This document shows positions 58,843 through 64,000 of a stretch of 64,000 bases of DNA, in pieces. Every line of letters starts with the position of its first letter. Within the stretch, counting starts at the first letter, position 1. This DNA comes from Spirochaetia bacterium. GTDB lineage: Bacteria > Spirochaetota > Spirochaetia > SZUA-6 > Bin103. Position numbers and translations under genes: made by a program. The notes beneath the pieces were generated by a model. The model was not told where the DNA came from. It saw only the letters and a program-made list of their open reading frames with translations, and made no database searches. The DNA lies in the NCBI GenBank assembly GCA_965199955.1, contig CBDATQ010000002.1, forward strand, positions 1,216,001 through 1,280,000. The letters are read 5' to 3'.

Positions 58843-59602
58843 GCGCCGCGTGATCGTCTGCCTGGACGTGCGCGACGGGCGCACCACCAAGGGCGTGCGC
58901 TTCGTGGACAACGAGGACGTAGGCGATCCGGTCGCCATGGCGCGGACATACTACGAGCAGGGTGTGGACGAGCTGGTCTTCTACGACATTACCGCGTCGG
59001 CGGAACGGCGCGGCATCATGCTGGAGGTCGTGCGCGCGGTCGCCGCGCAGGTATTCATCCCGTTCGCCGTGGGCGGCGGCATCGGGTCGCTGGAGCAGAT
59101 GCAGGCGGTGCTCCTGGCCGGGGCGGAGAAGGTCAGCGTGAACTCGCCGGCCGTCCGCAACCCGCGGCTCATCGCCGAGGGGGCGGCGGCGTTCGGCCGG
59201 CAGTGCATGGTCCTGGGCATGGACGCCAAGCGCGACCCGGCGATGCCGAGCGGTTACCGCGTCTACATCGACGGGCTGCGCACCGCCACCGACCTGGACG
59301 CCCTGGAGTGGGGGCAGCGGGCCGTCGAGCTGGGTGCGGGCGAGGTGGTGCTCAACGCGATCGACACCGACGGGACGCAGGCCGGCTACGAGCTGACGGT
59401 GACGCGCATGCTCGCCGACCGGCTGCCGGTGCCGGTGGTGGCGTCGGGTGGGGCAGGATCGGTCGAGCACGTGGCGGAGGTGCTGACGGACGGTCACGCC
59501 GACGCCGCGCTGGTGGCCTCCATCGTCCACTACGGGACATGCACGGTGGGCGACATCAAGGAGCACCTGGCCGCGTGCGGCGTACCAGTCCGCAGGGAGT
59601 GA
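58835..59602 (+). CDS. hisF: Imidazole glycerol phosphate synthase, cyclase subunit
   Basis: VCLDVRDG, DELVFYDITAS, VGGGI, DTDGTQAGY, VASGGAG. Confidence 0.96.
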   Translation: MLERRVIVCLDVRDGRTTKGVRFVDNEDVGDPVAMARTYYEQGVDELVFYDITASAERRGIMLEVVRAVAAQVFIPFAVGGGIGSLEQMQAVLLAGAEKVSVNSPAVRNPRLIAEGAAAFGRQCMVLGMDAKRDPAMPSGYRVYIDGLRTATDLDALEWGQRAVELGAGEVVLNAIDTDGTQAGYELTVTRMLADRLPVPVVASGGAGSVEHVAEVLTDGHADAALVASIVHYGTCTVGDIKEHLAACGVPVRRE

Positions 59603-59618
59603 TGCCGGCTCCGACTCC

Positions 59619-59648
59619 TTGCCGGCCGTCGCGAAGCGGCGCTATAAT
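59619..59648 (+). promoter_or_regulatory. Sigma70 promoter
   Basis: TTGCCG-N18-TATAAT upstream of ATG 59667. Confidence 0.65.
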
Positions 59649-59666
59649 AAGTCCCGAAAAGTAACT

Positions 59667-60023
59667 ATGCCTACCTACGAGTACGCGTGCGGCACCTGCG
59701 GAACCTTCGAGCAGTTCCAGCGCATCACTGAGGATCCGCTCTCCGACTGTCCGCGCTGCGGCAGTGCGGTGCGGCGGCTGATATCGAGCGGGACCGGCAT
59801 CATCTTCAAGGGATCCGGGTTCTACTCGACCGACTCGCGCGCCTCCGGCAAGAACGACGATGGCGGCAACGGCAAGGAAGCGTCCAAGGCGGACGGCGAG
59901 AGCGCCGGCAAGGACAGCTCCGCCGGCGAGAGCAAGAGCGACTCGAAGTCCGACCCCACGTCCGATACGAGCACGAAGACGAAGAAGAAGGATCCGGCCG
60001 CCGCTACGGCGGCAAAGGACTGA
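59667..60023 (+). CDS. FmdB family zinc-ribbon protein
   Basis: MPTYEYACGTCG, CPRCG, IIFKGSGFYSTD, low-complexity tail. Confidence 0.92.
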   Translation: MPTYEYACGTCGTFEQFQRITEDPLSDCPRCGSAVRRLISSGTGIIFKGSGFYSTDSRASGKNDDGGNGKEASKADGESAGKDSSAGESKSDSKSDPTSDTSTKTKKKDPAAATAAKD

Positions 60024-61191
60024 GCCGCTCCGCGCCCGGCGCGGTGCCCTCCGCAGCGGCGGCGATCAGCTCGTCGGCATCCAGCGCCCGCAGGGCGCCG
60101 TGCATGTGCGTCAGCCTCGGGCGGAGCACCGGGTGCTTGGCCGCGAACAGCGTGCAGCAGTCCGGATAGGGCAGCGTCGAGGTCTCGAAGGTGCCGATCG
60201 TACGCGCCGTGCGCACGATCTCTTCCTTGTCCATGCCGATCAGCGGCCGCAGCACCGGCAACTCGCTGGTGGAGTCGGTGAAGGCGATCGCCTCGCCGGT
60301 CTGACTCGCCACCTGGCCCAGGCTCTCCCCGGTGACCAGCGCCACCGCGCCGGTACGGCGGGCAAGCCGAGCCGCTGCCCGCATCATGCACGCGCGCAAC
60401 AGCAGCGTGGAAAACCGGTCGGGAGCGCGCTGCTTGATGCGTTCCAGGACGGATGTGAATGAAATAGTGCACATGCGAGCATCGGGGACGTAACGGGCCA
60501 GATGCTCGGCCAGCCGCTCTACCTTGGCCAGCGCGTCGTCCGACGTGTACGGGTAGGAGTGGAAGTAGACGTGGTCGAGCGGCATGCCGCGCTTGCCCAT
60601 CAGGTAGCCGGCGACCGGGGAGTCGATCCCGCCGGACAGCAGCAGGAGTCCGCGGGCGGACGCGCCCACCGGCAGGCCGCCGCGGCCCGGCGACGGCGGG
60701 CCGTACAGGTAGATCCGGTCACGTACCTCCACGGACAAGACGAACCCCGGGGCGTGCACGTCGACGCCGAGCGCCGGCATGGCGGCGCGCACCCGGTCTC
60801 CCAGGCGGCAGGCGATCCGGTATGACGTGTCCGGGTATTCCTTGTCGCTGCGCCGCGCTTCGATCTTGAAGGTGGGAGCGGGCGCGGAGGCGGCCAGCCG
60901 CCGGGCCAGCGCCACGGCGGCCTCGTCCAGCAGCTCCGGGTCACGTGCGACCATCTGCGCCTCCGCGTACGAGACGATCCCGAACGTGTCGCCCAAGGCG
61001 CGTGCCACGGCCGCCGAATCGGGGTAGTCCTCCACGTACAGCCGTCCCCAGGCGCGCCGCACCCGGTGGGGGGTGCCTGCGAGCTGCCGGCGGATCTGCT
61101 GGATCAGCCGCTCTTCGAATTGCCGGCGATTGGCTCCCTTGAGCGAGATCTCCCCGTACTTGACCAGGAACACCCGCGTGCCCGGGCTCAT
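60004..61191 (-). CDS. thiI: tRNA 4-thiouridine synthase ThiI (no rhodanese domain)
   Basis: KYGEISLKG, THUMP region, LLSGGIDSPVA, GESLGQVASQT, PYPDCC. Confidence 0.95.
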   Translation of the reverse strand: MSPGTRVFLVKYGEISLKGANRRQFEERLIQQIRRQLAGTPHRVRRAWGRLYVEDYPDSAAVARALGDTFGIVSYAEAQMVARDPELLDEAAVALARRLAASAPAPTFKIEARRSDKEYPDTSYRIACRLGDRVRAAMPALGVDVHAPGFVLSVEVRDRIYLYGPPSPGRGGLPVGASARGLLLLSGGIDSPVAGYLMGKRGMPLDHVYFHSYPYTSDDALAKVERLAEHLARYVPDARMCTISFTSVLERIKQRAPDRFSTLLLRACMMRAAARLARRTGAVALVTGESLGQVASQTGEAIAFTDSTSELPVLRPLIGMDKEEIVRTARTIGTFETSTLPYPDCCTLFAAKHPVLRPRLTHMHGALRALDADELIAAAAEGTAPGAERLSPLPP

Positions 61192-62390
61192 GTCCGGACG
61201 GCCTCCCGGGTCGCTTGGGCGGTGAGCCGGGAGGTCACGTCGCGGAGCTCGGCGTCCAGCGCCGAGGCGAACGCATCCACCTCGTCCGGCGAGGTCCGTG
61301 GTCCGATCGACACGCGTACCGCCCCCGCGGCCTGTTCCGGCGGCACACGCATCGCCTCCAGCACGCGCAGCCGCTTGCGCGATCCGGTGGCGCAGGCGGA
61401 GCCCGGTGACACGCAGATGCCTCGGTCGCCGAGCAGCCGCACGGTCACCTCGGACGGCAGCGCCGGCACCGCCAGTTTGAGGATGAAGGGCGAGAACCGG
61501 GCGTCACGCGTCGTGCGGTCGGCCGGGATCAGCGTCACCGCGGGCGTCGACCGGAGCCGTTCGATCAATAGCGCCATGGTCTCCGCAGCGGCGCTGGCGT
61601 TCCGATCGTGCAGAGACGTCGCGGTGCCGGCTGCGGCCGCGAACCCCGCGGCCCCGGCCACGTTCTCGGTGCCGGCGCGGCGTCCGCCCTCCTGCTCGCC
61701 GCCGGCCTGCATGAAGCGGACCGGGGCGCCGGCCTGGATCCAGAGCGCCCCGACGCCGCGCGGACCGCCAATCTTGTGGGCGCTGAAGGAGGCGGCATGC
61801 ACGTGCGGACCGAGCGGCAACGGCACCTTGCCGAGCGCCTGCACGGCGTCGGTATGGAACAGCATGCGCGTGCCGGAGCGCCGCGCGGCATCGGCGACCG
61901 CAGACGCCGCCTCGACGACCGGCTGGATGGTGCCGGTCTCGTTGTTGACCGTCTGAACCGAGACCAGGTAGGTGCGCTCGTCGAGCAACTCTTGCAGGCG
62001 TTCGACGTCGACCGCGCCGTCGCCGTCCACCGGCGCGCGCAGGACCCGGAAGCCGATCCTCTGGAGCAGCGTTGCCGGCCCCTCGACGGAGTCGTGCTCG
62101 ACGGCGCCGATCACCAGCGTGTCGCGGCGCGGCAGCCCGCGCTCGGGATGCAGCAGCGTCAGCACCGACTGCAGCATCAGGTTGTTGGACTCCGTGGCGC
62201 CGGAGGTCAGCACGATCTCCGCCGCGTCCACGCCGAGCGCACAGGCGAGCCGCTCGCGGGCCGAGGCCAGCTCCGCCGCGGCCTGCCGTCCTCGGGGGTG
62301 AGGAGAGGAAGGGTTGGCGTGCCACGGCCCGTCCGCCGGGAGCGCTTCCGGCATCGGGGGCGCGGTGGCCGCCCAATCCAGGTAGATCAC
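61188..62390 (-). CDS. Cysteine desulfurase family protein (NifS/IscS-like)
   Basis: IYLDWAAT, TSGATESNN, HTDAVQ, SAHKIGGP, GSAC; coupled to thiI. Confidence 0.92.
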   Translation of the reverse strand: MIYLDWAATAPPMPEALPADGPWHANPSSPHPRGRQAAAELASARERLACALGVDAAEIVLTSGATESNNLMLQSVLTLLHPERGLPRRDTLVIGAVEHDSVEGPATLLQRIGFRVLRAPVDGDGAVDVERLQELLDERTYLVSVQTVNNETGTIQPVVEAASAVADAARRSGTRMLFHTDAVQALGKVPLPLGPHVHAASFSAHKIGGPRGVGALWIQAGAPVRFMQAGGEQEGGRRAGTENVAGAAGFAAAAGTATSLHDRNASAAAETMALLIERLRSTPAVTLIPADRTTRDARFSPFILKLAVPALPSEVTVRLLGDRGICVSPGSACATGSRKRLRVLEAMRVPPEQAAGAVRVSIGPRTSPDEVDAFASALDAELRDVTSRLTAQATREAVRT

Positions 62391-62472
62391 CCCCGTATGG
62401 TAGCGGACCGTCCGCCGGGCCGCGCGGCCGGTTTGCTCAGGCGTGGCCCGCGTAGTACGTTCGCTTACAGCC

Positions 62473-62925
62473 ATGCTGTTCTTCCCTTGGGGACCGTTCG
62501 GCTTTCTCACGCTGTTGGTTCCGGTGCTCCTGGCCTTCGCCCTGCTGCGGCTCGGCACGACCATCTTCCGCCGGATCCGGGACGAGTCCGACGGCGACCG
62601 GTACCTTCGCGGCCGCGGCGGCGTCCATCGCCACGCCGCCGACGAGGAGGTGGCGACGGAGCGCCGCCCGCCGTTCAACATGCAGAACCCGTTTGGCAGG
62701 CGGTCGCTGGACAGCCGAGTGTTCCGGCTGGCCTATCGCAACGGCGGGCGGGTGACCGTTTCCCAGGTGGTGATGGAGACCGGCATGTCGCTGGAGCAGA
62801 CCGAGGCGTACATGGACCAGCTCTGCGACGGCGTGCGCGTGCGCATGGAGGTCTCCGACGGCGGGCTGGTCACCTACGAGTTTCCGGAGCTCACCGGCCG
62901 CTTCGGCAGCGCCGGCCCGGCCTGA
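62473..62925 (+). CDS. Hypothetical membrane-anchored protein with a winged-helix-like C-terminus
   Basis: N-terminal TM; VFRLAYRNGGRVTVSQVVMETGMS...GLVTYEFPEL. Confidence 0.65.
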   Translation: MLFFPWGPFGFLTLLVPVLLAFALLRLGTTIFRRIRDESDGDRYLRGRGGVHRHAADEEVATERRPPFNMQNPFGRRSLDSRVFRLAYRNGGRVTVSQVVMETGMSLEQTEAYMDQLCDGVRVRMEVSDGGLVTYEFPELTGRFGSAGPA

Positions 62926-62936
62926 TCCCGCGGCCG

Positions 62937-63713
62937 TTACGGCCGGATATCGCCCAGCCGGGCGAACAGCGCCTCGGCCCCGATGTCGATCAGCGACATG
63001 TCCCCCCCGCACTGCAGCCACTGCGCGCCCCAGCCGGCGAGGCGCTGCGCCATCTCCGGATCGGCGCCCAGTCCCGAGCCGGCGTAAATCCCGGCGTCGC
63101 GGGCGGTGCCGATGATCCGCTTCATGGCCTCCACCACCTCGGGATGGCCGATCTCGCCCATGTGGCCGAGCGCGCCCGACAGGTCGTTCGGCCCCAGCAC
63201 GATCGACGCCAAGCCGTCGATGCGCACGATCTCGTCGATCGCGGCCAGCGCCTCCGCCGTCTCGATCTGGGCGACCGGAAACACGTCCGCGTCCGACTGC
63301 TCGATGAAGGCCGGACCGGTGTCGCGGCCGTAGCGCGACTGCCGGCGCGGCCCGAACCCGCGCGTGCCGCGCGGCGGGTACAGGCACGCATCGACGTGGG
63401 CACGGATCTCCGCGACCGAGTAGGAACGGGGCAGGATGACGCCGCCGGCGCCGGTGTCCAGGCACTTCTTCACCCAGGCAACGTCGCCCGACGGCACGCG
63501 CACGATCGCCGGAGTGGCGGTGGCGCGCGCCGCGATCAGGTGCGACTGCATGGACTCGAAGGTGAGCGCGGTGTGCTCCAGGTCGACCCACAGGAAGTCG
63601 TAGAGCTCGGCGATCGCTTCGGTGACCGACGGATCGGTGGTCGATATGCCGCAGCCGACGCAGACCTTGCCGGCGTCGAGCTGTTGGCGGAACGTGCGCA
63701 TGGCGCTGAGCAT
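62937..63713 (-). CDS. HpcH/HpaI aldolase family protein
   Basis: DFLWVDLEH, IVRVP, YPPRGTRGFG, QIET, LGPNDLS; AAGGAG RBS. Confidence 0.92.
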   Translation of the reverse strand: MLSAMRTFRQQLDAGKVCVGCGISTTDPSVTEAIAELYDFLWVDLEHTALTFESMQSHLIAARATATPAIVRVPSGDVAWVKKCLDTGAGGVILPRSYSVAEIRAHVDACLYPPRGTRGFGPRRQSRYGRDTGPAFIEQSDADVFPVAQIETAEALAAIDEIVRIDGLASIVLGPNDLSGALGHMGEIGHPEVVEAMKRIIGTARDAGIYAGSGLGADPEMAQRLAGWGAQWLQCGGDMSLIDIGAEALFARLGDIRP

Positions 63714-64000
63714 GAGGGGGTTCTCCTTTGATGAGCAGGAATGGGCGCAGTCCGCGCCGGGTGCGCCGACCATACTACGCGGAACGCCCCGCGTACGTGG
63801 CTGGCACCAACGCGCTTCAGCACGTCCAGTACGAGATCGAGCCGCGACGGACGCATGCGTATGACGTCGGGGATCGGCCGCCGTTCAGGCGTCGACGACG
63901 AACAGGGGCATGCTTCTTCCGCGCGAGGATGGATTCGCCAAGATGGGAAGGGTCCCCGAATGGCCGCAGCGCGCGGTGGAAGCGTCAGTAATCCCGTGGC

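Noticed and set aside
63728..64000. ORF 63728-63991 (+) and the open minus frame at the window edge
   Set aside because: No recognisable motifs or host-like codon pattern; cannot be supported without flanking sequence.

Overview
GC-rich bacterial chromosomal window. It is probably from a Spirochaetota member, inferred from the infC-rpmI-rplT-zapB-zapA order, the amidase-GerMN pair, NusG-II/Gx transporter genes and the TPR-PilZ-tsaE-tsaB run; this was not verified by any search. Most of 18.7-64 kb is housekeeping (glmS, guaB, serS, xseAB, metK, mfd, mrfAB-like, nagZ-like, tsaBE, infC-rpmI-rplT, metXW, hisHF, thiI and a cysteine desulfurase). The left part carries a complete N-methylglutamate (methylamine use) cluster, mgdABCD-gmaS-mgsABC, with an apparent 1-nt frameshift in mgdA. 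The most striking observation is a 2372-bp element (5026-7397) encoding a Cre-like tyrosine recombinase. It is bounded by perfect 12-bp AT-rich inverted repeats (GATTGCAGTTAT/ATAACTGCAATC) with a 5-bp TCGAT direct repeat just outside each end, so excision would create a loxP-like junction. Its cargo is an orphan secreted-protein gene and a decayed homolog of the mgdB-mgdC junction that lies intact just downstream. Other signals: a dispersed hairpin repeat with compensatory stems found only at convergent gene ends, three collapsed toxin-antitoxin/nuclease relics (one HigA relic missed by the ORF track), a Cho-like nuclease coupled to a basic AT-hook-like protein, and several candidate leaderless promoters. 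No rRNA, tRNA or CRISPR array was recognised. All family assignments come from reading motifs by eye.
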